From Candidatus Binatia bacterium (lineage in GTDB: Bacteria > Desulfobacterota > Binatia > Bin18): DNA of 64,000 nt. Shown one piece after another: positions 9,720-20,214 of this stretch. The notes beneath the pieces are model-generated. The model saw nothing but the letters and a program-made list of their open reading frames with translations. It made no database searches and was not told where the DNA came from. Location of the stretch: the NCBI GenBank assembly GCA_963664395.2, contig OY761159.2, forward strand, positions 3,744,001 through 3,808,000. Reading direction: 5' to 3'. Every line of letters starts with the position of its first letter. Within the stretch, counting starts at the first letter, position 1. Both the position numbers and the translations under genes were made by a program.

Positions 9720-10619
9720 ATGCAGAAGCCACCGGTCGACTACATCAAACGCATTACGGATAATTATGCCGCGCTTGGCTACAAGACGTATCAATGGGTG
9801 CATAACGAAGACACGCCGCCGTGGACCCCGCTGACCAAGCCGCTGTCGGAGTGCCGCCTGGGCTTGATCGCTTCCGGTGGCATTTATGTGACCGGCCAAA
9901 TCGCTTTTCATACCAAGGACGACTTCTCGTTCCGTACTATCCCAAAGGATGTCAAAACCTCAGACCTGCGGACCGCCCATTTCGCCTACGATCAGACCGA
10001 CGCCCGGAATGATCCCAATGTCGTTTTCCCGATTGACACGCTCCGCCGTTTAGAAGAAGAAGGCGTCATCGGCGAGCTGGCCGATAACGCCTTTACCTTT
10101 ATGGGCGGCATTTATTCGACCCGGAAAGTCCGTGAGACATTAGCCCCGCAACTGACCGAGCAGTTGAAGGCCGAACGGGTTGATGTGGCTTTGCTGGTGC
10201 CCGTTTGACCGGTGTGTCATCAGTCCGTGGGACTGATTGCCCGCCATGTCGAGGCCGCCGGCATCCCGACCTTATGCATGGGCAGCGCGCTGGATATTCT
10301 CCAGGCCGTGTATCCTCCCCGCGCGGCCTTTCTCGACTATTTGCTCGGTCACACAACCGGCAAGCCGCTTGAACCGGAACTCCAGCGAGCGATCCTGCTT
10401 GAGGCTCTGGGCGCGTTCTCTTCCTTACAAGAGCCCGGCCAGATTAAACATCTCCCATTCCGCTGGGCGGAAGATGATGACTGGAAAGACGGTGTGATGA
10501 ACGACGGCGACTCCCGCACCCCGCGCCAGGATACCCCACAGTATCAAACCGAAGAAGACCGTATTCTGGCCGAGCAGAACGACCCGGAAGCCTGCGAGGT
10601 GTGTGAGACGGCGGCCTAA
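9720..10619 (+). CDS. Glycine/sarcosine/betaine/proline reductase selenoprotein B-like protein (299 aa, Sec163)
   Basis: ORFs 9672..10208 and 10212..10619 are in frame and joined by TGA 10206-10208, giving LLVPV-U-PVCHQ; PrdB-type motifs SGG, DPNVVFP, EAAGIPT; GGAGGAG RBS before ATG 9720; downstream hairpin. Confidence 0.88.
10219..10237 (+). promoter_or_regulatory. Putative SECIS element (PrdB-like gene)
   Basis: ATCAGTCC-GTG-GGACTGAT, perfect 8-bp stem starting 10 nt after the in-frame TGA. Confidence 0.8.
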
Positions 10620-10673
10620 AGGCGGACACAGACTGTCGGGCAGAGGGAGACAGCGTTCCCACCGAAATCTGTT

Positions 10674-10706
10674 CCCTCTCCCTCTGGGAGAGGGCCAGGG
10701 TGAGGG
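10674..10706. repeat. REP-like intergenic palindrome
   Basis: CCCTCTCCCTCTGGGAGAGGGCCAGGGTGAGGG stem-loop. Confidence 0.55.
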
Positions 10707-10726
10707 TTCCCCTCCGAGGAGACGCA

Positions 10727-11499
10727 ATGGCAGGGCGTGAGTCACTTGGCGGAGCCACTGTGGTCGTCGGGTGTGGAGGTATCGGCAGCGCTGTCATTGC
10801 CAAGATCGCTGACCAGGGGCTCCCGCTTGTTGCCGCTGATATCGATTATGCGCGCGCCGAGGCGAGTGTCGCCAATCTTCATACCGAAGCCCTGGCCCAC
10901 AGTGTTGACGTGACGGATGAGGCGTCTGTTGCCTCTTTGATTGCTCAGGCGCGTGCGGTGTTCGGTGTCGTCACCCGGCTCGTATATACCGTCGGTATTA
11001 TCCACACCGGCAACTTCCTGGAGCTGTCTCCCCGTCAGTGGCGCCGGACGTTCGAGGTGAATCTGACCGGCGCATTTTGCAGCATCCAGGCCACTGCTCG
11101 TCACCTGATCGAGAACAATCAACCTGGCCGTATGGTGATGGTGGCCTCGGTTGCCGGGCGTGGACCGCGTGCCGATAGTAGCGACTATGCGGCGAGTAAG
11201 GCCGGCCTCATTATCTGGTGCGCTCCGCTGCCCTCAGCCTTGCTGCTGCCAACATTCAGGTCAATGCGGTCTGCCCAGGAATCGTAGATACTGCAATGAC
11301 GTATGGCATCCATACGGAACGAGCTGCCCGGCGCGGCATCAGCGTAGAAGAATCTCTGGTCGGGTTGGCCGACGCCATTCCGCTCGGGCGGATCGAAAGC
11401 CCCCAGGAGGTTGCCGAGGTCATTTGGTTTCTCCTGTCAGATGCAGCGAGCTATATAACCGGCCAAGCGCTCAACGTCTGCGGCGGGATTGGCCTTTGA
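10727..11499 (+). pseudogene. SDR oxidoreductase with a -1 frameshift near 11213 (pseudogene or sequencing error)
   Basis: GCGGIG and YAASK in ORF 10700..11287; VNAVCPG and ITGQALNVCGG in ORF 11218..11499; ATT-AT-CTG lacks one base. Confidence 0.75.
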
Positions 11500-11562
11500 C
11501 TGAGAGGAGCAGGCCTACCGGGAATCGTTCTCCATATTCATTGAGCGCCAAAGGAGATTGCC

Positions 11563-12036
11563 ATGTTGGGTGTATGGCATTTCAGCCTGACCGTCTCAGA
11601 CCTTGAGCGATCAATTTCATTCTACCAGAAGCTGGGACTCAAGCTGCTGCTTGTCCAGGAACAGGCCAACGCCTATACAAGCCGTTTGGTTGGGTATGAG
11701 AACGCCCACCTCAAGGTTGCCCAATTCATCATCCCAGGACAGCCGCGCGGTCGCTCGACCCACGACCTTGAGCTGGTCGAGTACATACATCCCAAAGGCA
11801 GGCGACAAAAGCCGGACGTCTGCAATCCCGGCGAGGCCCACCTCGCCCTCACGGTCACAGACATCCACGCTCGTTACGAACAGCTCAAGGCAGACGGCGT
11901 TCATTTTTTCTCGCCGCCGAACGCCATCACTTCAGGCGTCAACCGGGGTGGCTACACCTGCTACTTTTGGGATCCCGATCAGATCGTTCTTGAGCTGGTT
12001 CAGCCTCCCTCGGAAAGATCACCTTCGCCTCAATGA
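11563..12036 (+). CDS. VOC/glyoxalase family protein
   Basis: HFSLTVSDLERSISFY, LELVEY, HLAL, YFWDPD..LEL; AAGGAG RBS. Confidence 0.88.
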   Translation: MLGVWHFSLTVSDLERSISFYQKLGLKLLLVQEQANAYTSRLVGYENAHLKVAQFIIPGQPRGRSTHDLELVEYIHPKGRRQKPDVCNPGEAHLALTVTDIHARYEQLKADGVHFFSPPNAITSGVNRGGYTCYFWDPDQIVLELVQPPSERSPSPQ

Positions 12037-12088
12037 ATACATCAAAGAAGCTATAGCGGTCAGGATATTGTTCCCCGGCCTGCCGAAC

Positions 12089-12511
12089 CTATTTCGGGCA
12101 CTTCTCCGCATACGGGCCTATTGAAGGCAGTAACTCGACGGTACTCCCATTGACGGAAACGCCCTTCAGAGTTTTTCCTAAACGACTCAAACTGCGGCAC
12201 CCTTTTTTGTTTTCTATGATCAGTACGATGCCAGGCTGACGATCTAGTCCTATCTGTTGAGTATAGTGTACGACTTGTCCAATGCTTCTTAGGACCTCGC
12301 TCCATGTACCGGCACGCTTAAACTCAACGACGTGTGTGTCAGTAAGGCAATCCGCTTCAGTCTTGTCGTCGAGAGGCCAGTACCGTTCACCACTATTCGC
12401 CGAACACCATTCCTTCACATAATCATCTTCGTCCTTGTCTTCGTTTTGATCCGCTTGCCCTTCCAAGGGGAAGAGTATGGCGATCGCAAGGGTAGCCAGT
12501 ATTCTTCTCAT
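12089..12511 (-). CDS. Signal-peptide-bearing protein with PD-(D/E)XK-like motifs
   Basis: MRRILATLAIAILFPLEGQA leader; D..E-F-K..Q-x-x-x-Y arrangement; AGGA RBS before ATG 12511. Confidence 0.65.
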   Translation of the reverse strand: MRRILATLAIAILFPLEGQADQNEDKDEDDYVKEWCSANSGERYWPLDDKTEADCLTDTHVVEFKRAGTWSEVLRSIGQVVHYTQQIGLDRQPGIVLIIENKKGCRSLSRLGKTLKGVSVNGSTVELLPSIGPYAEKCPK

Positions 12512-12521
12512 AATGCTCGTC

Positions 12522-12830
12522 CTACAACTGTTCCACCAGCTTCTCGACCTCGCTCCATTCCACAATCGGGGTCAGGCGGCGCTTCTCAATCAGGCCGCTT
12601 GAGACGATTCTGCCAAAGACCTGAAAGGTCGGGGTATGGTCGGGAATATCCACCAGAAAGATGACCTTGGGCTCTTCATTCGAGAACCACGGGCCACCGG
12701 CAAAGCGAACCTCTTGCGGCGCGCCGACCGAGGCCGGATTTTTTGCGGCCGAGCCTATGAGCCCGACAAATTCCTTCATCCGCTCCGGGCTCGGATCCTT
12801 GAGCCAGACTTCGTCAAGATAGAGTGCCAT
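12522..12830 (-). CDS. Small hypothetical protein (102 aa; possibly DUF3303/GYD-like)
   Basis: GAGGAGG RBS before ATG 12830 (MALYLDEVWL); C-terminal LTPIV..E.V. Confidence 0.65.
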   Translation of the reverse strand: MALYLDEVWLKDPSPERMKEFVGLIGSAAKNPASVGAPQEVRFAGGPWFSNEEPKVIFLVDIPDHTPTFQVFGRIVSSGLIEKRRLTPIVEWSEVEKLVEQL

Positions 12831-12945
12831 GCTTCCCTCCTCAAAAAAGATGTTGAGGGTATAGCAAAGTCCACGCAGGAGAAAAAGAGAAGGAGGCCGT
12901 CTGCGGCGAGGAATAAGGAGCCGAAGCGATGCCGTGCTTTCTTTG

Positions 12946-13200
12946 TTACTCAGCCAGCAGGTCGTCCAGCTCGCCACTGACTTCCAGCGTCTGCAACTCC
13001 ATGAATCCGCCGATGGACTCGTCCCCAATAAAAATTTGGGGTACAGTCCGTTGACCTGAGCGTTGGACAATCTCTTGACGCCGGGCGGGATCGTCAGACA
13101 CGTCGATGTCTTCGAATGGGATTCCTTTTTGTGTCAGCAAAGCCTTTGCTGCGGTGCAAAAGCCTCAATAATCTGTTGAGTAGACGGTAATTTTTTTCAT
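12946..13200 (-). CDS. Selenocysteine glutaredoxin (GrxC-like, 84 aa, Sec12)
   Basis: MKKITVYSTDY-U(TGA 13167-13165)-GFCTAAKALL...RTVPQIFIG..IGG; AGGAGG RBS; ORF track shows only the part after the TGA. Confidence 0.9.
13135..13151 (-). promoter_or_regulatory. Putative SECIS element (glutaredoxin)
   Basis: CAGCAAA-GGC-TTTGCTG, perfect 7-bp stem starting 13 nt after the TGA. Confidence 0.75.
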
Positions 13201-13239
13201 GAACGATACCCCTCCTGCCTATTGATTCGTAAGAAAGCA

Positions 13240-14724
13240 CTATGGCAGCTCGGTGCTGCCCATGAGATAGCTGTCAACTTCTCTGGCCGCCCCGCGCCCT
13301 TCATTAAAGGCCCAGACGACCAGACTCTGGCCGCGACGCAGGTCGCCGGCGGCAAAGACGCCGTCCACGTTTGTCTGGAACCGACCGTATTCCGCTTTGG
13401 CATTCGAGCGCGGGTCGCGCTCAACCCCGAGTTGTTCGAGGACCGGGTCTTCCGGCCCAAGAAATCCCATGGCCAGAAAAACCAGGTCTGCCGGCCATAC
13501 CTTTTCTGTTCCTGATAGGGGTTTGGGAATAAACGCGCCGTTTTCGTTTTTCCCCCACTCTATCTCTACGGTGTGCAGTTCTTTGACGTTGCCGTCTGCG
13601 TCGCCCACAAATTTTTCCGTCTGAATCAGATAAATGCGCGGGTCTGTCCCAAACCGGGCTTCTGCTTCCTCCTGTCCATAATCGACCCGCAAAATCTTGG
13701 GCCACTCCGGCCAGGGATTGTCCGGCTGCCGCTCCAAGGGCGGCTGGGGAAGAATTTCAAATTGGGTCAGCGTCTTACATTTGTGGCGGAGTGATGTCCC
13801 AACGCAGTCGGTTCCGGTATCTCCACCTCCAATAACGATCACATGTTTATCTGCCGCGGAAATATACGCCCCATCCGCATGTTCTGAGTCGAGCAGGCTT
13901 TTGGTATTGGCGTGGAGGAACTCCATGGCGAAATGGATGCCGTTGAGGTCGCGGCCGTCTGCCGGCAGGTCACGCGGTTTTGTCGCGCCGCCGCACAAGA
14001 CTATCGCGTCAAAATCTTCTCGTAATTGAGTCGCAGGAATGTCGCTGCCAATAGTCGTGTTCGTCACAAAAGTAATGCCTTCTTGGGCCATAATTTCAAT
14101 ACGACGCTGCACGATGGCCTTATCCAGTTTCATATTGGGAATGCCATACATGAGCAAGCCGCCGATACGGTCGGCTCGTTCGTATACCGTGACCGCGTGG
14201 CCAGCCTTGTTGAGCTGCGCAGCACACGAAAGACCTGCCGGGCCCGAACCAACCACGGCCACCTTTTTCCCCGTCCGTTTCTCCGGAGGGAGAGGGACGA
14301 CCCAGCCTTCTGCAAAGCCGCGGTCAACGATGGAGCATTCAAGATTTTTAATCGTGACCGGCGGATTCGTAATACCGAGCACGCACGAGCCTTCGCACGG
14401 CGCCGGACATACCCGACCGGTGAACTCCGGGAAATTATTGGTTTTGTGCAGCCGCTCAAGCGCTTCCCGCCAGAGTCCATGGTAGACTAGGTCATTCCAC
14501 TCGGGGATGAGGTTATTAATCGGACAACCTGACGCCATGCCGCTGATCAGGGTGCCGGTGTGGCAGAACGGAATGCCGCAGTCCATACAGCGGCCGCCTT
14601 GTGCCTGGAGCTTATCGTCAGGAAAATGCTGATGGAATTCTTTCCAGTCGTTGGTGCGCTCGACCGCTGAACGGTCTGCGGGTAGCTCCCGCTCGTATTC
14701 CATGAATCCAGTTGGCTTACCCAT
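13240..14724 (-). CDS. gltD: Glutamate synthase small subunit
   Basis: [51 protein letters not shown]. Confidence 0.97.
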   Translation of the reverse strand: MGKPTGFMEYERELPADRSAVERTNDWKEFHQHFPDDKLQAQGGRCMDCGIPFCHTGTLISGMASGCPINNLIPEWNDLVYHGLWREALERLHKTNNFPEFTGRVCPAPCEGSCVLGITNPPVTIKNLECSIVDRGFAEGWVVPLPPEKRTGKKVAVVGSGPAGLSCAAQLNKAGHAVTVYERADRIGGLLMYGIPNMKLDKAIVQRRIEIMAQEGITFVTNTTIGSDIPATQLREDFDAIVLCGGATKPRDLPADGRDLNGIHFAMEFLHANTKSLLDSEHADGAYISAADKHVIVIGGGDTGTDCVGTSLRHKCKTLTQFEILPQPPLERQPDNPWPEWPKILRVDYGQEEAEARFGTDPRIYLIQTEKFVGDADGNVKELHTVEIEWGKNENGAFIPKPLSGTEKVWPADLVFLAMGFLGPEDPVLEQLGVERDPRSNAKAEYGRFQTNVDGVFAAGDLRRGQSLVVWAFNEGRGAAREVDSYLMGSTELP

Positions 14725-14761
14725 GCTCTCTTCCTTCGCGGTCTTCCTTCGTCAGTCGGTC

Positions 14762-17700
14762 TTAGTTGCCGCTTACCCGAGCGGCATCGTTCTTATTGGC
14801 CTCAAAAGCCGCCATGATGGCTTCGTCGCCGGCCAGGCCGCTGCTTTCCGCACTGGCAATAGCGTCGAGCATGCGTTGATAATCCTTGGGCATGACTTTG
14901 ACAAACTTCAGTGCACTTGAATCCCAATTGTCAAGAATCCGCTGCGCCTGAACGCTGTGGGTATAGTGGACATGCTGGTGAAGCAGCGCCTGAACGTCCT
15001 GGAGATCATCCTCCCTCAGTGTATCCAAAGTGACGGTTTCGAGATTACAGTGGTTCCGAAAGGTCCCGTTCGTATCCCAGACGTAAGCAACACCGCCAGA
15101 CATGCCAGCGGCGAAGTTGCGCCCGGTCTCACCCAGGACAACCACGCGACCACCTGTCATATATTCACAGCCGTGGTCTCCGACTCCTTCAACAACCGCT
15201 CGAACACCGCTATTCCGAACACAGAAGCGTTCGCCCGCTATGCCGCGAATATATGCCTCTCCGTTCGTCGCCCCATAAAAGGCTACATTGCCAGCAATAA
15301 TGTTTTCTTCTGCAACAAAGGTCGAGCCGGTTGGTGGATACAGGATTACTTTCCCACCAGACAGGCCCTTGCCACAGTAGTCGTTGGCGTCGCCTTCTAA
15401 TTCCAGTGTCATGCCGGGTGGGACAAAGGCACCAAAACTCTGACCGGCGGAACCCTGAAAATGAAAGTGAATGGTATCCTCCGGTAAGCCTTCTCGGCCG
15501 TAGCGGCGCGTGACCTCACTCCCTAAAATCGTTCCGGCTACCCGGTTGATGTTTTGAATAGGCAGAGTAGCAAAAACCTTTTCCTGACGTTCGAGCGCCG
15601 GGCGCGCCAAGTCAATCAGGGTTTGCCTATCCAGAGAACGCTCAAGGCCGTGATTTTGGCCGATTTGACAGTAACGGCCGACTTCCGGCCCTACTTCTGG
15701 CTGGTACAGAATATCGGTGTAATCCAGCCCTTTGGCTTTCCAGTGGGCTATCGCTTTGCGGGCCTCAATCTTGTCCGTTCGACCAATCATGTCATTCATG
15801 GTCCGAAAGCCGAGTTGTGCCATATACTCCCGGATTTCCTGAGCAATGAACTGCATGAAGTGGACCGCATGTGACGGGTCACCCGTGAATTTCTTGCGTA
15901 ACGCCGGATTCTGGGTCGCGACGCCGACCGGGCAGGTGTCGAGATGGCACACCCGCATCATAATACAGCCTAATGAAACCAGCGCGGCTGTGGCAAAACC
16001 GAACTCTTCTGCGCCAAGCAGCGCGGCAATCACAACATCCCGGCCGGTTTTGAGTTGGCCGTCGGTTTCGACCACAATCCGGCTGCGCAGATTGTTCAGG
16101 ACTAATGTTTGATGCGTTTCCGCGAGGCCGAGCTCCCAGGGGAGGCCGGCATGTTTAATACTCGTCTGCGGCGAGGCCCCGGTACCACCATCGTGCCCAC
16201 TAATGAGCACAACATCGGCATGGCCTTTCGCAACACCGGCGGCAATCGTGCCGACGCCAATCTCGGAGACGAGTTTCACGCTGATACGCGCGTCCGCATT
16301 GGCGTTCTTCAGGTCGTGAATGAGCTGGGCCAGATCTTCAATTGAATAGATATCGTGGTGGGGCGGCGGCGAAATCAGTCCAACGCCAGGCGTTGATAAC
16401 CGCACCTTGGCAATCCAGGGATAGACTTTCCTGCCGGGCAGCTCTCCGCCCTCACCGGGCTTGGCACCTTGGGCCATTTTGATCTGGATCTCACGGGCTT
16501 GGGTCAGATATTCACTGGTGACACCAAAACGGCCTGAAGCGACTTGTTTAATCGCACTGTTGCGCGAATCTCCATTCGGGTCCGGGGTATAGCGCGCAAT
16601 ATCTTCTCCACCTTCGCCGGTATTACTTCTACCGCCGATGCGGTTCATGGCAATCGCCAGTGACTCATGCGCCTCTTGACTGATAGAGCCGTAGGACATG
16701 GCGCCGGTCTTAAAGCGCCTGGTAATTGCCTCAATCGGCTCGACTTCTTCAATCGGGATAGGCGCGGGCTTTAATTCCAACAATCCGCGAAGCGTGGCTA
16801 TTCGCTCCGATTGGTCGTCTATGAGCTGTGTATATTCTTTGAATGTCGCATAGTCATTGGTGCGACACGCTTTCTGCAGCGTATGAATAGTGCGCGGATT
16901 GAAGAGATGGAGCTCGCCGTCTTTGCGGAACTGATACTGGCCGTGCACTTCAAGCGTCTGGCCGCGAACGGGGTTGGCTGGGAATGCCCTGGCATGTTGT
17001 TGGCTTGCTTCTCGCGCGAGTTCCGCCAAGCCAATGCCTGCTACGCGGGAGGGAGTCCAGGTAAAATACCGATCGACCACTTCTTGGCCCAAGCCGATGG
17101 CTTCAAAAATCTGAGCGCCACAGTACGACTTAATCGTTGAAATGCCCATCTTGGACATGACTTTGACGATGCCTTTGACCGCGGCTTTGATATAGCCGCT
17201 CACCGCGTCATGGTAGGTTATGCCAGTCAGCACGCCTTCGCCGATCATATCGTTCAGGCATTCGTAGGCCATGTATGGGTTGATCGCCTGGACGCCATAT
17301 CCGAGCAGCACACAGAAATGATGAACTTCGCGTGGTTCGCCCGATTCGAGCACCAGCCCGACATGGGTACGGCTGCCGGTGCGGATCAGGTGGTGGTGCA
17401 AGCCCGACGAAGCCAGCAAGGCCGGCATCGCGGCGCGTTCGGCATCAACGCCTTTATCTGACAAGATGAGAATCGTCGCGCCGTTCTCAATGGCGGCATC
17501 CGCTGCCTGACAGAGCGCGCGTAAAGCCTGCTCAAGGCCGTCTTTGCCCCGCTTGGGGTTAAAGAGAATGGGCAATGTCACCGTCTTGAGGCCCGGTTGA
17601 TCAATGCGCCGGAGCTTTTCAACGTCCGCATTTTTCAGGACCGGAATAGACAGCCGGATTTGGCGGCAATTGTCCGGCCGGGAATCGATCAAATTTCCCT

Positions 17701-19438
17701 CTGATCCCAGCGTCAGTGTTGTTGACGTGACGAGTTCTTCCCGAATCGGATCAATGGGGGGGTTGGTGACCTGAGCAAAGAGCTGCTTAAAGTAATTGTA
17801 TAAAAGCTGTGGCTGGTCGGACAACACGGCCAGCGGCGTATCCGTGCCCATGGAACCAATAGGCTGGATCTTATTCATAGCCATTGGTCCGATATTGACC
17901 TTCAAATCTTCAAAGCTGTATCCAAACGCGCGGAGACGTTGGAGCGTCGCAGCATGATCGTACGCCGCCGGCTCTTCTGCCACATCCGGCAGCTGATCAA
18001 AATAGACTGTGTGTTCGTTCAGCCACTGCCGGTATGGCTGCGCAGTAATGATCTCCTGTTTCAATTCTTCATCACTAATAATGCGGCCTTGCTCTGTGTC
18101 GACTAAGAACATCCGTCCCGGCTGGAGCCGCCGTTTTTCTAATACGCGTTCCGGCTCAACGTCGAGCACACCCACCTCGGAACCCATGATGACCAAGTCA
18201 TCTTTGGTAACATAATATCGAGACGGACGGAGTCCGTTCCGGTCCAACACTGCTCCCACGCGGGTGCCATCCGTGAAGGCGATCGAGGCCGGGCCATCCC
18301 AGGGTTCCATCAGACAGCTGTGGTATTCATAAAATGCCCGCTTCGTGTCGGCCATGCTGGCATGATTCTCCCATGGCTCGGGGATCATCATCATCATCGC
18401 ATGGGGGAGGGAGCGACCACTCAGGGACAGGAATTCCAAGCAGTTATCAAAAATGGCTGAATCGCTGCCGTCTTCCAGGATAACGGGAAAGACCTTCGAC
18501 AGATCGTCACCGAAGAGTGCTGAGGCCATCATCGCCTGTCGGGCATGCATCCAATTCACGTTCCCCCGCAGGGTATTAATCTCGCCATTGTGGATGAGGT
18601 AGCGATACGGGTGCGAGCGTTCCCAGCTCGGAAAGGTGTTGGTACTAAAGCGTGAATGGACAAGGGCAATAGCGCTGTCCATTTCTGGGTCGGAGAGGTC
18701 CGGGTAGAATGTCTCGATCTGTTGCGGGGTGAGCATTCCCTTATAGATAATGGTCTTGTGCGACAGGCTGGGGATATAGAAATACTCTCCACCGGCTACC
18801 CCTCCGTAGCGGATGGCATTCGTGATGCGACGACGGATAATGTACAACTTTCGTTCAAAAGCGAGATTAGCTGCGGGACTATCTGCGGGACTATCTGCGG
18901 GACTATCTGCGGGACTATCTGCGGGGCTATCTGCGGGACTATCTGCGGGGCTATCTATAAGATCGGCACTGCGACCGATGAAAATTTGCCGGATAAAAGG
19001 TTCACACGCCTTGGCCGTCTCTCCTAAGCCGTCATTGTTTGTCGGTACATCTCTCCAGCCCAAGACCTCCTGGCCTTCTTCTCTGACGATGGCCTCAAGG
19101 CGCTGTTGGCACTCTTGCCGCTGGGTCACATCGGGTGGCAGGTAGATCATTCCTACCCCGTACTGGCCCGAATTGGGCAGTGTGAAGCCCCCAGCGCGAC
19201 ACCGCGCACTCAGGAATTTATGTGGGAGCTGAAGGAGCATTCCTGCGCCGTCTCCAGTGTCTTCTTCGCAGCCCCGTGCCCCGCGATGGTCCAGATTGAC
19301 GAGGACGGTTAAGCCTTGTTCGACCACCTGATGCGAGCGCTCACCTTTGATGTTGACGACAAAGCCGATCCCACAGGCGTCATGTTCAAAGCTGGGATCG
19401 TAGAGTCCTTGTTTCGGAGGTATACCGGCGTGTGTCAT
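14762..19438 (-). CDS. gltB: Glutamate synthase large subunit
   Basis: [51 protein letters not shown]; likely start 19438. Confidence 0.98.
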   Translation of the reverse strand: MTHAGIPPKQGLYDPSFEHDACGIGFVVNIKGERSHQVVEQGLTVLVNLDHRGARGCEEDTGDGAGMLLQLPHKFLSARCRAGGFTLPNSGQYGVGMIYLPPDVTQRQECQQRLEAIVREEGQEVLGWRDVPTNNDGLGETAKACEPFIRQIFIGRSADLIDSPADSPADSPADSPADSPADSPADSPAANLAFERKLYIIRRRITNAIRYGGVAGGEYFYIPSLSHKTIIYKGMLTPQQIETFYPDLSDPEMDSAIALVHSRFSTNTFPSWERSHPYRYLIHNGEINTLRGNVNWMHARQAMMASALFGDDLSKVFPVILEDGSDSAIFDNCLEFLSLSGRSLPHAMMMMIPEPWENHASMADTKRAFYEYHSCLMEPWDGPASIAFTDGTRVGAVLDRNGLRPSRYYVTKDDLVIMGSEVGVLDVEPERVLEKRRLQPGRMFLVDTEQGRIISDEELKQEIITAQPYRQWLNEHTVYFDQLPDVAEEPAAYDHAATLQRLRAFGYSFEDLKVNIGPMAMNKIQPIGSMGTDTPLAVLSDQPQLLYNYFKQLFAQVTNPPIDPIREELVTSTTLTLGSEGNLIDSRPDNCRQIRLSIPVLKNADVEKLRRIDQPGLKTVTLPILFNPKRGKDGLEQALRALCQAADAAIENGATILILSDKGVDAERAAMPALLASSGLHHHLIRTGSRTHVGLVLESGEPREVHHFCVLLGYGVQAINPYMAYECLNDMIGEGVLTGITYHDAVSGYIKAAVKGIVKVMSKMGISTIKSYCGAQIFEAIGLGQEVVDRYFTWTPSRVAGIGLAELAREASQQHARAFPANPVRGQTLEVHGQYQFRKDGELHLFNPRTIHTLQKACRTNDYATFKEYTQLIDDQSERIATLRGLLELKPAPIPIEEVEPIEAITRRFKTGAMSYGSISQEAHESLAIAMNRIGGRSNTGEGGEDIARYTPDPNGDSRNSAIKQVASGRFGVTSEYLTQAREIQIKMAQGAKPGEGGELPGRKVYPWIAKVRLSTPGVGLISPPPHHDIYSIEDLAQLIHDLKNANADARISVKLVSEIGVGTIAAGVAKGHADVVLISGHDGGTGASPQTSIKHAGLPWELGLAETHQTLVLNNLRSRIVVETDGQLKTGRDVVIAALLGAEEFGFATAALVSLGCIMMRVCHLDTCPVGVATQNPALRKKFTGDPSHAVHFMQFIAQEIREYMAQLGFRTMNDMIGRTDKIEARKAIAHWKAKGLDYTDILYQPEVGPEVGRYCQIGQNHGLERSLDRQTLIDLARPALERQEKVFATLPIQNINRVAGTILGSEVTRRYGREGLPEDTIHFHFQGSAGQSFGAFVPPGMTLELEGDANDYCGKGLSGGKVILYPPTGSTFVAEENIIAGNVAFYGATNGEAYIRGIAGERFCVRNSGVRAVVEGVGDHGCEYMTGGRVVVLGETGRNFAAGMSGGVAYVWDTNGTFRNHCNLETVTLDTLREDDLQDVQALLHQHVHYTHSVQAQRILDNWDSSALKFVKVMPKDYQRMLDAIASAESSGLAGDEAIMAAFEANKNDAARVSGN
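18871..18954. repeat. 12-bp tandem repeat x7 inside gltB (DSPA x7)
   Basis: CTGCGGG(A/G)CTAT in seven contiguous copies. Confidence 0.97.
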
Positions 19439-19492
19439 ACGCGCCCCTTTCCTGTCTCTCTGTAGTACCGGCATGAATCTCTCCTTGAGATG

Positions 19493-20035
19493 TCAGGCCC
19501 CTCGTCTTATGCGTGAGGCTAGAGATGCGGTCACTGCGTTTATTTTATGTTGCCGGCCATCCGACTTGGTGCCGGACTGGAGTCCAATCCAGAGCCCTTC
19601 GGTATGCGTGGACAACACAACGGATGTTTCCGTTCGTTCTACCCCTTCAAGAGAGCGGATTTGACGAATCACTTCCTCAAGGTCTGAAGTGTTATCGGCT
19701 TTGACTTTGAGGAGTAGGGTATATTCGCCGGTAACATGGTGACATTCCTGAATATCTTCAAAACCATCAATGGCCGTTTCAAACTGGGTAATCAGCTTGG
19801 GATGATTAATTGAGACGCCAATAAAAGCGGTAATGTCCTTCCCAAGCCTACGCGCGTCGAGAATGGCGGTGTAACCTCGGATTACTCCGCTCTCTTCCAA
19901 CTTTTTAATGCGTTCAATAACTGACGGCGCGGACAGGCCGACGCGTTCGCCGATTTTAACCAGCGGGAGTTTGCAATTTTCCTGCAGGACCGAAAGGATA
20001 TGCTTATCCAAATGGTCAATGCTGCCGAGTTCCAT
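19493..20035 (-). CDS. Lrp/AsnC family transcriptional regulator
   Basis: DxxIL..LQ, VGLSAPSVIERIKKLEESGVI, ECHHVTG. Confidence 0.93.
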   Translation of the reverse strand: MELGSIDHLDKHILSVLQENCKLPLVKIGERVGLSAPSVIERIKKLEESGVIRGYTAILDARRLGKDITAFIGVSINHPKLITQFETAIDGFEDIQECHHVTGEYTLLLKVKADNTSDLEEVIRQIRSLEGVERTETSVVLSTHTEGLWIGLQSGTKSDGRQHKINAVTASLASRIRRGA

Positions 20036-20154
20036 ATCTATCCTACTCGCTTTGGCCAGCTGCCGAATTTATTGAGGTTAAAGATGCTGAGAGGCTAATA
20101 AATAGCGAAAAGTGAGCTATTCTGTCAAGCGAATATTCAGCAGGCTATGGTTCC

Positions 20155-20182
20155 TTGAGTTTTTCCTAAGCCCCCGTATAAT
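20155..20182 (+). promoter_or_regulatory. Sigma70-like promoter for ilvB
   Basis: TTGAGT-16bp-TATAAT. Confidence 0.5.
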
Positions 20183-20214
20183 CATATGCTCCTGAGGATG
20201 CAATAGAGGCACAC

